Below, in pieces: positions 15,989 through 25,043 of a stretch of DNA of 36,805 bases; positions within the stretch are counted from its first letter, which is position 1; each line of letters begins with the position of its first letter. This DNA is from Geobacteraceae bacterium. Lineage in GTDB: Bacteria > Desulfobacterota > Desulfuromonadia > Geobacterales > Geobacteraceae. The position numbers and the translations under genes are program-made. Location of the stretch: positions 1-36,805 of the forward strand of contig JAMXLF010000092.1 in assembly GCA_024281055.1 (NCBI GenBank), read 5' to 3'. The notes under the pieces were generated by a model that saw only the letters and a list, made by a program, of their open reading frames with translations, searched no databases and was not told the origin of the DNA.

Positions 15989-16453
15989 CTATACGGGATT
16001 CCTTCCCCGGAGCATCCGGGTGAGCAACCGGTCCAGCGAGGAAGCGAAGCGCTGCCGGTCGGTGGCGCCGAACTGCGCCGGTCCCCCCTGGACCATTCCC
16101 GCCCCGCGAAGCTCCGTCATCAGGTCGCGCATGGAGAGCCGCTCTCCCACATTCTCTTCGGTGTAGAGCTCCCCCCGAGGGTCGATCCCCACCGCCCCCC
16201 GGGCGACGATCCGAGCGGCGAGCGGAATGTCGGCGGTGATGACGAGGTCACCCGGTGCGGCATGCTCCGCGATGTAGTCGTCGGCGACATCAAATCCGCC
16301 GGCAACCATCACCGACGTGATGAGGCGCGAATGGTGCTTGGCAAGGCTCGAGTTGGCTACCAGGCAGACCGGGACATCCAGGCGCTCCGAGGCGCGAAAG
16401 ACGATCTCCTTGATTACCCGCGGGCAGGCATCGGCATCGATCCAGATCTGCAT
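15989..16453 (-). CDS. yaiI: YaiI/YqgV family protein (UPF0178, DUF188)
   Basis: The N-terminus [25 protein letters not shown] is the invariant UPF0178 signature. Confidence 0.85.
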   Translation of the reverse strand: MQIWIDADACPRVIKEIVFRASERLDVPVCLVANSSLAKHHSRLITSVMVAGGFDVADDYIAEHAAPGDLVITADIPLAARIVARGAVGIDPRGELYTEENVGERLSMRDLMTELRGAGMVQGGPAQFGATDRQRFASSLDRLLTRMLRGRNPV

Positions 16454-16482
16454 CGTACTCCTTCCTCCGGGTTGACCCGGAT

Positions 16483-17019
16483 TTAACGATGGGGCGGGAC
16501 AATGGCGGTCTCGTAGGTTTCAGCGCCGATCGAGAGGTACATCGTCTCCTCGGTGATAGTGATCGACCAGGTGATGACACGGTCGAGCCGGGAAGCGAGT
16601 GTCATGATGAATCCCGGATCAACCTTCACCACGGTGAGGTTCGCGATCTTTTCCAGCCGGGGGAGGTGCTGCTGCTCCCAGGCTGCCAGCCCCCTGCCGC
16701 AGGCGAGCAGTGCAACCCTTTCCGCATGCCGGGCCGCCTTGATGATCCTGTCCGCCTCCGGCACCCCGACTTCAACCCAGAGCCGGGGTCTCCCGTCGGG
16801 TCCGACGACCCAGAGGTCCGGTTCGTCGGCCGCGCAGAGCCCCTTCGTAAAGGTGAGCTCCGGCTCGAAGAAGATGGCAAGCGCGAGCAGCCGGGCCACC
16901 AGTCGCTCCCCGGTTTCCGAGGGGTGCTGGGCGACGGTCGTCTGGACCGTCTCGTACATGCCCCGGTCAATGTCGGAGAGCTGGAGGTTCAAGCGGAATA
17001 TCGTTGAAGGCAGTGCCAT
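16483..17019 (-). CDS. yaeQ: YaeQ family protein
   Basis: [23 protein letters not shown]...LWVEVG matches the conserved N-terminus of the YaeQ family. Confidence 0.85.
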   Translation of the reverse strand: MALPSTIFRLNLQLSDIDRGMYETVQTTVAQHPSETGERLVARLLALAIFFEPELTFTKGLCAADEPDLWVVGPDGRPRLWVEVGVPEADRIIKAARHAERVALLACGRGLAAWEQQHLPRLEKIANLTVVKVDPGFIMTLASRLDRVITWSITITEETMYLSIGAETYETAIVPPHR

Positions 17020-17230
17020 GCCTGTGACGATAGCAGATTTTCCGGCTGTTGAAAAGCGTCGGCAGTGAGTCGGTCGTACGCCGCGCGTGGCCTGGAAACC
17101 ACAGAATGGCGAGCGACTGGCGAGGGAAATTGCCCGGGCCTTGACAAGTGGCGATTATTGGTTACCGTTGACCTGTGACCGTGGCAGTTCAGGAGACTGC
17201 GACAATCCATTTTTCTTACAGGAGGAACGT

Positions 17231-17329
17231 ATGCGCGAAGTCATTTTTGTCATCGGCATGTGGGTGTTTTGCATCATTGCGCTGTACGTGCTTAACCGAG
17301 GGCCGTGCGATGAAAGAGTGAAAAAATAA
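17231..17329 (+). CDS. Candidate 32-aa small membrane protein
   Basis: A perfect SD aggagg 6 nt upstream of ATG 17231. Peptide: MREVIFVIGMWVFCIIALYVLNRGPCDERVKK. It is followed by a strong intrinsic terminator. Confidence 0.45.
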   Translation: MREVIFVIGMWVFCIIALYVLNRGPCDERVKK

Positions 17330-17356
17330 CGGGGCTTCCTTTTCTCGAAACGAAAA

Positions 17357-17386
17357 GGGGACATTTTTCCGATGTCCCTTTTTTTC
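17357..17386. terminator. Intrinsic terminator, probably bidirectional
   Basis: gggacat-ttttccg-atgtccc followed by TTTTTTT. It lies between the small + ORF and the convergent minus-strand gene ending at 17394. Confidence 0.7.
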
Positions 17387-17393
17387 TCCATTG

Positions 17394-18173
17394 TCAATAT
17401 GGACCATTCCCTTCTTTCAGGCACCACTCTTTTTTGATCTTGCAGAGTCTTGCGAGCATCTCTTCATACTCCTTGCTGATGGCTGCCCTCTCCGTCAGAT
17501 CGATGGGCTGGATGATGTATCCATGGGGACCCTCCATGATGACAAAGGGATAGAAGCCCCCGCGCTTCGGGGCGCCACCTATGTCTTTATCGGATACATC
17601 GGGGGCGTAGTACATGACGTGTGGGTAATTCATGGTGACGGCTCTGTCGTTTTCTTCTGGGTTCCAGTAGGTCCTCAGTATCGGAGACAGCATGTACGAG
17701 ATGCCGACTCGTTCCGGCGCTTTGTAGTACCCCTTCTGGAAACGCTCCTTTATGATGTTCTTCAGTTCGCCGGGAGGAGTGCCCTTGGCCTGCATTTCCG
17801 CCGCATCGAAGAAGACCCGCATCTGCTGCTTGGCGCCTGCTGCATCGAAGGAAATCGGGTAGAGAATATCATCTCTGTACCTTGTCAAGGGCCAGGACCC
17901 CCTGAACGTATCATCGCCGGTTCGGGCGACGAAGGTGTGGAATCCATTGGTGCCCTTGCGGGCGACCTCGAAGCCCTTGTCGGGGTTCAGTACATAGACG
18001 GTGGCACCGTCCTTAAGGTGCGGCGGCAGAGCGCTGAGCGCCAGCTGCATTTCCAGATCCCGCGGCAGCGGCTCGATCTTGTTCGTCGCCCGGGAAGCCT
18101 GTTTTTCCTCCGCGCTCGCGGCGAACGAGAACAGCAGGCCTGCAATCACCACGATCGTTTGAACCGTTCTCAT
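17394..18173 (-). CDS. Secreted hypothetical protein (signal peptide)
   Basis: The N-terminus MRTVQTIVVIAGLLFSFAASA is a signal peptide. The ORF is 259 aa with coherent codon usage. I recognise no family. Confidence 0.6.
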   Translation of the reverse strand: MRTVQTIVVIAGLLFSFAASAEEKQASRATNKIEPLPRDLEMQLALSALPPHLKDGATVYVLNPDKGFEVARKGTNGFHTFVARTGDDTFRGSWPLTRYRDDILYPISFDAAGAKQQMRVFFDAAEMQAKGTPPGELKNIIKERFQKGYYKAPERVGISYMLSPILRTYWNPEENDRAVTMNYPHVMYYAPDVSDKDIGGAPKRGGFYPFVIMEGPHGYIIQPIDLTERAAISKEYEEMLARLCKIKKEWCLKEGNGPY

Positions 18174-18248
18174 CGCGACCTCCTTCGAAAATGCCGTCGT
18201 TGCGTGAATAGTGACTCTATTCCTTTACCCGTTTCGACGACCGGCACG

Positions 18249-19247
18249 TTACGGGTTTGCGCTGCGCCTTCCGAAGGAGACGGCATAGGCGGCGTCGCGC
18301 GCGGCGATCAGCGGGTCGTCGGATGGCTCGATGCCGTCGGTCAGGCGGCCGGGCAGGAACAAGAGCTTCTTCTCCGCGGCGGTGCTGTCGGCGACGACCC
18401 TGTCGATCGTCAGGACGCCGAGATCGACGACCGGCCGGTCATCGGGCCAGGCCTGGCTCGGGTCCCTGGTAGAGTCGCCGGGTACCGCCAGCTGCGCCTT
18501 GAGGTGGAAGGTCACCGGCCCCTTGGCAAGGCGCGCGGGGAGATCGTCCATCAGGTAGTCGGTCGATTTCTTTGCGGCTTCCTCTTTGCTCAGGTGCACG
18601 ATTTTTTCCGGCGCGACGATGTAGCGGAAAGCCTGTTTCTTGCCCGCCTTGTTGACGAACACGAACGCGTCGACGCCGAAATATTGCTCTTCGGCGAAAC
18701 TGGCCGGCGTGCCGACCGTTGCCGTGGCTTTTGCCACGCTCGGGTGACTGGCGAGAAACGCCTTCAGCTGGGGAGACGGGGATGCGCCGGGCGGGCTCGA
18801 GGCGGCTGCAAGCTGGAGAGCGAGGAACTCCTCCGCCGTCGCCACGGGGAAGAACTTGAGCGCGTTGACAACGATGTCGCTTTCAGCGCCGCCGGGGAGG
18901 TGGAACTTGATCGCCATGCCGTGCGGGTTTGCCACCGGCGCGGCATCGGGCACGTCGGGCTGTCCGCCGGAATCGGAAAAGCGCACGGTCACCGGGAGCT
19001 TCGCGCCGGCGAACAACGGCGACCTGCTCAGGGCCGCGGCTTGCGGCGACGCCGTGAAACTCCCCTCCGCCACGATCCCCTTGGCGTGATTCGCCCGAAA
19101 GCCGGGATGCACGCCGAACCGCTTGTTAAGCGCATCGACGATCTGCACGGGCACGGGTGCATCGGCGGCGCGGACCCAAGTGGGTACGCCCACCGCGATC
19201 GTTGCGGCCAACGCGGCCGCGAGGGTGTTGCTTGCCAAGGTAGCCAT
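18249..19247 (-). CDS. Catalase-related peroxidase (small catalase-family haem protein, SrpA-like) with a signal peptide
   Basis: FRANHAKGIVAEGSF (the catalase distal-His R..HAKG motif), VRFSDSGG and an overall length of about 330 aa are typical of catalase-related haem proteins. The N-terminal MATLASNTLAAALAATIAVG...A is a signal sequence. Confidence 0.7.
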   Translation of the reverse strand: MATLASNTLAAALAATIAVGVPTWVRAADAPVPVQIVDALNKRFGVHPGFRANHAKGIVAEGSFTASPQAAALSRSPLFAGAKLPVTVRFSDSGGQPDVPDAAPVANPHGMAIKFHLPGGAESDIVVNALKFFPVATAEEFLALQLAAASSPPGASPSPQLKAFLASHPSVAKATATVGTPASFAEEQYFGVDAFVFVNKAGKKQAFRYIVAPEKIVHLSKEEAAKKSTDYLMDDLPARLAKGPVTFHLKAQLAVPGDSTRDPSQAWPDDRPVVDLGVLTIDRVVADSTAAEKKLLFLPGRLTDGIEPSDDPLIAARDAAYAVSFGRRSANP

Positions 19248-19357
19248 GGTTCCTCCTCTGTTAGATGATCCGAGCTTGGATGGGGTCGCACGGTCAGGTA
19301 TACAACATTCTAAGGGGATTTCAAGGAGCTGGAGGCAAGGGGGAAGTTATAAGAAAG

Positions 19358-19410
19358 CCCGCCAATAGCGGGCTTTCCTGCCTGTCTCGCCGGAACTGCA
19401 TCATGCCGAC
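19358..19410 (+). repeat. Geobacter-type terminator hairpin with an extended REP tail
   Basis: aaagcccgccaatagcgggcttt-cctgcctgtctcgccggaactgcatcatgccgacc. Confidence 0.6.
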
Positions 19411-19414
19411 CTTT

Positions 19415-19567
19415 TCACCACATCTGAATCAAAAGATGAACCCCGTACACAAAACCAACCAAAGCGATGAGCGCCAGTACGAACCTGGCGAGCTCCCAGT
19501 CGAAACCGGGGGCTCGTGCTCCCTTATCAACTCCGTGCATCTCTTCCGATATGGATTTCATTGCCAT
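19415..19567 (-). CDS. Candidate 50-aa tail-anchored small membrane protein
   Basis: MAMKSISEEMHGVDKGARAPGFDWELARFVLALIALVGFVYGVHLLIQMW. An SD gaggtg lies 6 nt upstream of ATG 19567. The listed ORF extends to 19609. Confidence 0.35.
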   Translation of the reverse strand: MAMKSISEEMHGVDKGARAPGFDWELARFVLALIALVGFVYGVHLLIQMW

Positions 19568-19906
19568 TGCCATCACCTCGCTTTTCTTGAGATAAATAGC
19601 ACGACCCATCCGGTTGAAATTCTCACGTCGATCGACGATATAATCGCAACGATATTGGCTTGGTTTAATTTAATAATATCGCCAAACCGGCAAAATGCCA
19701 TGAAGTCTTTCAAGTCAGGCAACGGCCGCCTGCTGTTTAACGTCTTGAAATCAAACTGAATGGGAGATCGAACGTTTCATCGCTGCCAACGAACCGGCAG
19801 AGTGGAGGCTTACCATTTTTAATCTATCACGCTATAATATAGGAAGGTAGAGGCGGACTTTCCCTGATGCCGGTGTGACTTCCCACGGATCAGAGGAGGT
19901 GAGCAT

Positions 19907-20158
19907 ATGAAGGCATTGGATATCATCGTCGCGATCCTGATGATCATCGGTACGATCAACCTGGGGCTGGTGGGATTCTTCGACGTCAACGTACTCGCTA
20001 CGCTGTTCGGTGAAGGTACGGCCCTCCTCCGCGTGATTTACGCCCTGATCGGTCTGAGCGGGGTGTATGAGCTCGGTGGGATTACTTTTGGCAAGAAGGA
20101 ACTGCATGGCCGGTGGCATAACAGGTGGTGTAGCACTGAAGCCACCGTCAAACACTGA
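19907..20158 (+). CDS. DUF378 family small membrane protein
   Basis: An SD ggaggtg precedes ATG 19907. MKALDIIVAILMIIGTINLGLVGFFDVNVLATLFGEGTALLRVIYALIGLSGVYEL matches the DUF378 pattern. Confidence 0.8.
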   Translation: MKALDIIVAILMIIGTINLGLVGFFDVNVLATLFGEGTALLRVIYALIGLSGVYELGGITFGKKELHGRWHNRWCSTEATVKH

Positions 20159-20270
20159 CGGATCCCTGAGAATGACGCCGGCACGGGAAATGTCGTCAAA
20201 CATATATGTTGAATCTGCCAGGGAGCGACGGGGCGTGAGACCCGCCGCTTTCACGTTTCATGCTCCATGG

Positions 20271-20310
20271 TAACAAAGGGGCCAGGTCGGAAGGCCTGGC
20301 CCCTTTGTTA
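20271..20310. terminator. Long perfect palindromic hairpin, probably a bidirectional terminator
   Basis: taacaaaggggccagg-tcggaagg-cctggcccctttgtta: 16-bp perfect arms flanked by T- and A-rich runs. It sits between the DUF378 gene (+) and the convergent secreted-protein gene (-). Confidence 0.6.
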
Positions 20311-20327
20311 CAAGTGTGTCTACGGGA

Positions 20328-20819
20328 TTAACGCTCCATCATCCCGCCGTGTCGTCTCCCTTCCCCTCCGCCATGCCGTTCGGGGCGGAAATGACCGTAT
20401 CCCGCGTAATGACCTTCGCCGCGATGTCTGCCCCAATCATCCCTGAAGGAGTGCAACCTGGCAATCGGGTACCTGCGAAGCCGCCACGGAACCGCCCGGT
20501 AGCCGACGCTTACCCAGGGGCCGTTGTAGTAAGGTGCGGCATACCACGCGTCGCCCCGGCACAGATAGTACCGATTTTCCGCATAGAAGATGTCATAGGG
20601 AGTGCCGACCGCGACATAGAAGCCTAATCCGGGCTGCGCCACGAATTCGGGCGGTTCCACGACTTCCACGGGCGGTGCGGCAATGACAGGTGGTGCAGGT
20701 ACTGCAATGACGGGCGCCGGGATGCCGACGTTGACGCCGATGTTGAGTCCCGCATGGGCGAGGGATACCGATGCCGCAACCGTACACAAGCTCACGAGTA
20801 TGACAAGATGTTTTCTCAC
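20328..20819 (-). CDS. Secreted hypothetical protein
   Basis: MRKHLVILVSLCTVAASVSLAHA is a signal peptide. This is followed by a Pro/Val-rich segment, an aromatic-rich YY..G.WY...YYNGPW region, and a basic His/Gly/Arg-rich tail. Confidence 0.6.
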   Translation of the reverse strand: MRKHLVILVSLCTVAASVSLAHAGLNIGVNVGIPAPVIAVPAPPVIAAPPVEVVEPPEFVAQPGLGFYVAVGTPYDIFYAENRYYLCRGDAWYAAPYYNGPWVSVGYRAVPWRLRRYPIARLHSFRDDWGRHRGEGHYAGYGHFRPERHGGGEGRRHGGMMER

Positions 20820-21309
20820 GATAATCTCCTTTTTCTTGTCGGGTGTTTCCGCAACGTGAATCCGGTCGCCGCCATAGCGTTATACCATTGCCGTGGTGAC
20901 GGTTCCCGCTTCCGTACGGAGTATCATATGGAGAGTTTCACAGCCCGTGCCAAATTGCTACCATGTTGCAACTTGTTAAAAGCAAAGATGTTTTTGAGTT
21001 GAGGCTGAAAAGCGCGCCCCTTATGCGGTGCAAATGTTTGCACCTCGGAGGGAAAGGAATTGCACCACCGGAATGGAAGTGGAGCTCTGGTTCCCCGGTG
21101 TCCTTTAGGCCCTGAGGGCCCCTGCGGTGAGAGAGCCCCGGGTTTTTGCTTGTCATATCAGGGGATTTTCAAGTACTCTGGTACGAGTGATTCTCAACTA
21201 CCTCTGGCGGTTCTCTGCGTTCCTCCGCGCCATCTGCGGCTAGATAAAAGTCATGCTCTCTACCCACATTCCCGGCTTCGGCCACCCAGAATCCGCAACG
21301 CTGTCCGTA

Positions 21310-21831
21310 ATGAAGCTCTTCCTCATTCCCGTCGGGGGCGGGATTCCTGCCGGCGTCCTGCTCGCCCAGGCCAAAGGCGTGGCCTGGCCCCTCACCGCAG
21401 CGCTCTACCTGGTTTCGGACATCGTTCTTGCGCTGGTCTTCGAACCGGTCCTGCGGCTTCTCGCCTGGGTTGCCGGGAAAGTCCCCGTTCTCGCCCGCTT
21501 CGGCGCGGCCATGAAGAGCGTGTCCTCCCGAAGCGCCGCCCATTTCAGCGGGACCGGTGCCGGCCCCCTTGCGCTGGTCATGGTCGCCTTTGGTGTAGAT
21601 CCCATGACAGGGCGCGCGGCGGCCCTTGCCGCCGGTCATGGTTTCGTTGCCGGCTGGGCCTTTGCCATCGCCGGCGACATGCTCTATTTTGCCGTCATCG
21701 CGGTGACGACGTTGCGCTTGAACTCGTATTTTCGCGACCCGAACATCACGATGCTGATCGTTCTCGGCGCGATGTTCCTCGTCCCCATACTGGTGCGGCG
21801 CTTTCGAACCGCAAAAACCGTCAGCGATTAA
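21310..21831 (+). CDS. Small multidrug export-like (Sm_multidrug_ex family) membrane protein
   Basis: MKLFLIPVGGGIPAGVLLAQAKGVAWPLTAALYLVSDIVLALVFEPVLRLL resembles the N-terminus of putative small multidrug export proteins. It is a multi-TM hydrophobic protein. Its start is uncertain (ATG 21253 or 21310), and neither candidate has a strong SD. Confidence 0.5.
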   Translation: MKLFLIPVGGGIPAGVLLAQAKGVAWPLTAALYLVSDIVLALVFEPVLRLLAWVAGKVPVLARFGAAMKSVSSRSAAHFSGTGAGPLALVMVAFGVDPMTGRAAALAAGHGFVAGWAFAIAGDMLYFAVIAVTTLRLNSYFRDPNITMLIVLGAMFLVPILVRRFRTAKTVSD

Positions 21832-23294
21832 AAGTCCCGCCCACCCTCCAGGAGCTCGCGGATCGCGGCGAACTTCGGATCGTTGAGGGCGGTGGGCGGG
21901 AAATAGGTGCCGACCAGTTCTCGGTGCCACCAGTCACCGCTCCGTCTCCGTTCTTCCGGGGTGGTAAAGCGGTAGAGGTAGTAAAGTGCGCGCACCTGCC
22001 GCGGTGGCCCGTCGGGAAAGGGGGTGCCCCTCAGGAGGGAGAGGGTTCCCCTGTCCCCTTCCAGAAGCTTCTCCAGAAACCGGATGAACCATGGATCGTA
22101 GTAAGGGGAGGGCATCGCGGCAAACCACATGAGCCAGTCGAGCCGCAGATGGTAGGGCGCCACCTGCGGGGGCAGCCGTGCCGGGTCACCCGGTTTTCCC
22201 TTGAACTCGTAGGGTCGCCAGCGGGTCGCCGGTGTGACGACCGCATCCTCGGTCCCTTCCACCACGATCTCGTAGCGCTCTCGGGTGATGCTCCCGAAGG
22301 CGCCGTAGGTGTTCACCAGTTGCAGGGGGGTGTAAGAGGTGTTCATCGCCTGTTCCCGGGAGAGGAGGTTGCGCACCGGCTGGATACTGAGGAATGCCAC
22401 GAGGAGGGCAAGTCCCCGGGTTGCCCAGAGCAGGAGAGGGGAGGATTCGCCCGGTGCCGGCAGCGAGACGGGAATGACGGCGCCGAGCTGGGAGTCGCTC
22501 AGGGTGCTGAAGGCGATGACGATGGTGATGAAGTTGAGCCAGGAGAAGTTGCCGCTCACGATGAGGGAGCCCTGGAAGAGGATGGTGAGAAGACCGGCCA
22601 CCCCTGCCACGGGCTGGGGCGCGAAGTAGAAGAAGGGGACCGCCACCTCCACGAGGTGGTTGAAGAGGACCCCGGCCCGGTGCACCCAGCCCGGGAGCCA
22701 GTGGAAATACCAGCTCAGGGGGTTCGGCATCGGCTGCGTCTCGAAGTGGTAGTCGAGGCAGGTGAGGTCGCGCCAGCAGGGGTCTCCCCGGAGCTTTATG
22801 AGCCCGGCCCCGATGATGAGGCGAAAGAGGAGCCAGCGGAAGAGAAAGATCATGACCGCATTGGGCGATGAGCCGGCCCCGCCGAGGAAGATGGCGAGGA
22901 AGCCGCTCTCCAGGAGGAGCGATTCCCAGCCGAAGGCGTAAAAGGTCTGGCCGATGTTGACGAAGGAAAGGTAGATCACCCAGAGGAAGGCCCAGACGGT
23001 TGCGGAGAAAAGACTGCCAAAGCGCTCGGAAACGCCTGTCACGGCAAGGACGGCCAGAAAGACGCCGCTCCAGCCGAAGAATGCGTATGCTGCGTCGGTG
23101 GGGCAGAGATAGAAGAGGCTCGGGGCCTGCCGGAACGTGACCTGCCGGATGAAGAGATGGGCGGGGAGAAGTCCCGTCTCCCCCAGCAGCGGGCGAAACT
23201 GGTTCACGGCCACCAGGAAGGCGACCAGGTAGATGAGGCCCAGCCCGCGCTGGAGACAGAGCCGTGTCAGGCAGATGCCGCCGGTCCAGTCCAT
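21828..23294 (-). CDS. Lipase maturation factor (LMF1-like, DUF1222) family polytopic membrane protein
   Basis: A 488-aa protein with multiple TM segments in its N-terminal 300 aa. The C-terminal soluble region contains YHLRLDWLMWFAAM...YYDPWF, typical of bacterial LMF-family proteins. Confidence 0.65.
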   Translation of the reverse strand: MDWTGGICLTRLCLQRGLGLIYLVAFLVAVNQFRPLLGETGLLPAHLFIRQVTFRQAPSLFYLCPTDAAYAFFGWSGVFLAVLAVTGVSERFGSLFSATVWAFLWVIYLSFVNIGQTFYAFGWESLLLESGFLAIFLGGAGSSPNAVMIFLFRWLLFRLIIGAGLIKLRGDPCWRDLTCLDYHFETQPMPNPLSWYFHWLPGWVHRAGVLFNHLVEVAVPFFYFAPQPVAGVAGLLTILFQGSLIVSGNFSWLNFITIVIAFSTLSDSQLGAVIPVSLPAPGESSPLLLWATRGLALLVAFLSIQPVRNLLSREQAMNTSYTPLQLVNTYGAFGSITRERYEIVVEGTEDAVVTPATRWRPYEFKGKPGDPARLPPQVAPYHLRLDWLMWFAAMPSPYYDPWFIRFLEKLLEGDRGTLSLLRGTPFPDGPPRQVRALYYLYRFTTPEERRRSGDWWHRELVGTYFPPTALNDPKFAAIRELLEGGRDF

Positions 23295-23382
23295 CCCCGC
23301 TCCCCCCGTTGGAAATAGAGCGACCGTTACCAGTATACCACGCTCTTTCCGCCCGGCGATTCGGGGACATCATGCCCAATGC

Positions 23383-23412
23383 AAAAGGCGGCCAAAAGGC
23401 CGCCTTTCGTTG
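23383..23412. repeat. REP-like hairpin, third member of the aaaaggcggcc...ggccgccttt family
   Basis: caaaaggcggcc-aaaa-ggccgcctttcg. It shares the stem sequence with copies A and B at 2995-3040 and 7798-7843. Confidence 0.6.
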
Positions 23413-23435
23413 TTCCGCCGCAACTGGCGGAAGCT

Positions 23436-23978
23436 CTAGAAGTACCGCTTCAACAGCCCCGCGAACACCTGTCCGTGACGTGCTTCGTCCTTGCACATCT
23501 CGTGGACGGTATCATGGATGGCGTCGTAGTTGAGCTGCTTCGCCCTGGTAGCCAGTTCCTTCTTGCCCTTGCAGGCCCCGTTTTCCGCTGCGACACGCAT
23601 CTCCAGGTTGGTCCTGGTGTCGGCCCGGACAACCTCGCCCAGCAGTTCGGCAAATTTGGCGGCATGCTCGGCTTCCTCGAATGCGATCCGCTTGTACGCC
23701 TCGGCCACTTCCGGATACCCTTCGCGGTCGGCCTGGCGGCTCATCGCCAGGTACATCCCCACTTCGGTGCATTCCCCGGCAAAGTTTCTCTTGAGTCCTT
23801 CGATGATTTCCGGGTCGACCCCCTGCGCGACGCCGATCTTGTGCTCGTCCGCCCAGGCCAGCTCCTGCTGGACCTGTTCGACGAATTTCTCAGCCGCAGC
23901 CTTGCAGAGAGGGCACTCGGCAGGAGCAGCATCTCCTTCGTGGACATAACCGCAAACCGAACATACGAACTTCTTCAT
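23436..23978 (-). CDS. Reverse rubrerythrin (N-terminal rubredoxin-like domain plus ferritin-like di-iron domain)
   Basis: [27 protein letters not shown] (a rubredoxin-type CxxC..CxxC) is followed by a ferritin-like ExxH region (...[11 protein letters not shown]...EEAEHAAKF...). An SD aaggag lies before ATG 23978. Confidence 0.85.
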   Translation of the reverse strand: MKKFVCSVCGYVHEGDAAPAECPLCKAAAEKFVEQVQQELAWADEHKIGVAQGVDPEIIEGLKRNFAGECTEVGMYLAMSRQADREGYPEVAEAYKRIAFEEAEHAAKFAELLGEVVRADTRTNLEMRVAAENGACKGKKELATRAKQLNYDAIHDTVHEMCKDEARHGQVFAGLLKRYF

Positions 23979-24307
23979 CGCATCTCCTTTATTACACAGA
24001 TAATTTCCAGCCGACGGACATCGGCAATGGATCATTAATACTTCATGAAAAGGGGGGCGGTCAAGAAAAAAGATAAAAACGGTCTTATTTATTTCCTAGT
24101 ATGAGAATTCTGCATTTTGCTCACCCCTCTTAGCCAATACTAAGCGTTTTGCATACCGCCTCCAGTCGTTCTTAAATCATTTACCTCTTTAAGTACGGCA
24201 AGTTACGATTATGGTATTGCCATTGCTATTGCTGATAGAAGCAGTGGGAAGATTCGTTTTATGGTGATATCGGATACCAGAATTATTATCGAGGGTCAGG
24301 AGGGCGC

Positions 24308-24460
24308 ATGCTGTATATCGTGACTATCATCCTTTTATTTCTGGCAGTGGACGCAATAGAATGCCGAACCCCTGTGTGCAGGTGTCTGATCGCATTCTTT
24401 CTGCTGTTTTTGGCCGTTGTCGCCACGACCCTTTGGAAATTCCGGGGATATCATATTTGA
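24308..24460 (+). CDS. Candidate 50-aa hydrophobic small protein in the AT-rich islet
   Basis: An SD ggaggg lies 4 nt upstream of ATG 24308. Peptide: MLYIVTIILLFLAVDAIECRTPVCRCLIAFFLLFLAVVATTLWKFRGYHI. It was not in the track because it is under 60 aa. Confidence 0.3.
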   Translation: MLYIVTIILLFLAVDAIECRTPVCRCLIAFFLLFLAVVATTLWKFRGYHI

Positions 24461-24462
24461 TC

Positions 24463-24489
24463 CCGGATATCCTGATCTCGGATATCCGG
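24463..24489. promoter_or_regulatory. Perfect 10-bp inverted repeat (candidate operator)
   Basis: ccggatatcc-tgatctc-ggatatccgg lies immediately after the small ORF and next to a minus-strand terminator. Confidence 0.35.
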
Positions 24490-24503
24490 CCGTCGCTTGC
24501 CCG

Positions 24504-24540
24504 ATAAAAATAAAGGGGCAGGCTGGAATGCCTGTCCCCT
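24504..24540 (-). terminator. Intrinsic terminator oriented for the minus strand
   Basis: The hairpin ggggcaggc-tggaat-gcctgtcccc is preceded on the plus strand by ataaaaataaa, which is a T-run after the hairpin on the minus strand. Confidence 0.5.
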
Positions 24541-25043
24541 CCGAACACCTACCGAATAATCTACGCGACCTATGTAAAGTTGCCGATATCGTGGGCACAT
24601 CCCGAGAGCAGAAACGCAGTACAGAGAACTATCCCCAAACCCCGTTTCATGCTCCATCATCTCCTTTCTTCCGCTTCGTCTGTTTCTGTTCCTCCATTCC
24701 TCTGGCAGATATTGTCCGTCAGATCATCGGCATAAGCGGTCGGACGCACGTTAGAAGCCGAAGCGCCGCTGCGTTCTGCCGATTTTCACCCGCATCTGCC
24801 CTCCGATTCGTTCGACTCGGCCTGAAAGCACCAAGGCTGTCCTCAGTCTCCCTCTCAGTTGATGGAAAGAACCCTTTATCAGATTTCTCGTGCTGGCTTT
24901 CATGATCACACCTTCTTTCCCGGCGGAGCCTTATAGCACTCCACATATAGCCATTATACCATATAGAAAATGAATGTTAATATCAATTGTATGGGGAAAA
25001 AGGAAACATGCCCTTTTCGTCGTCCCCTTTCTGGTGGTTTCCG

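Noticed and set aside
17391-19268. 625-aa plus-strand ORF
   Set aside because: It is antisense to two well-supported minus-strand genes, the secreted protein and the catalase-related peroxidase.
21060-22871. 603-aa plus-strand ORF, and the 436-aa minus ORF 22186..23496
   Set aside because: Both are alternative frames or antisense of the LMF1-like membrane protein gene (21828..23294). Their Arg/Gly/Pro-rich composition marks them as GC-frame artefacts.
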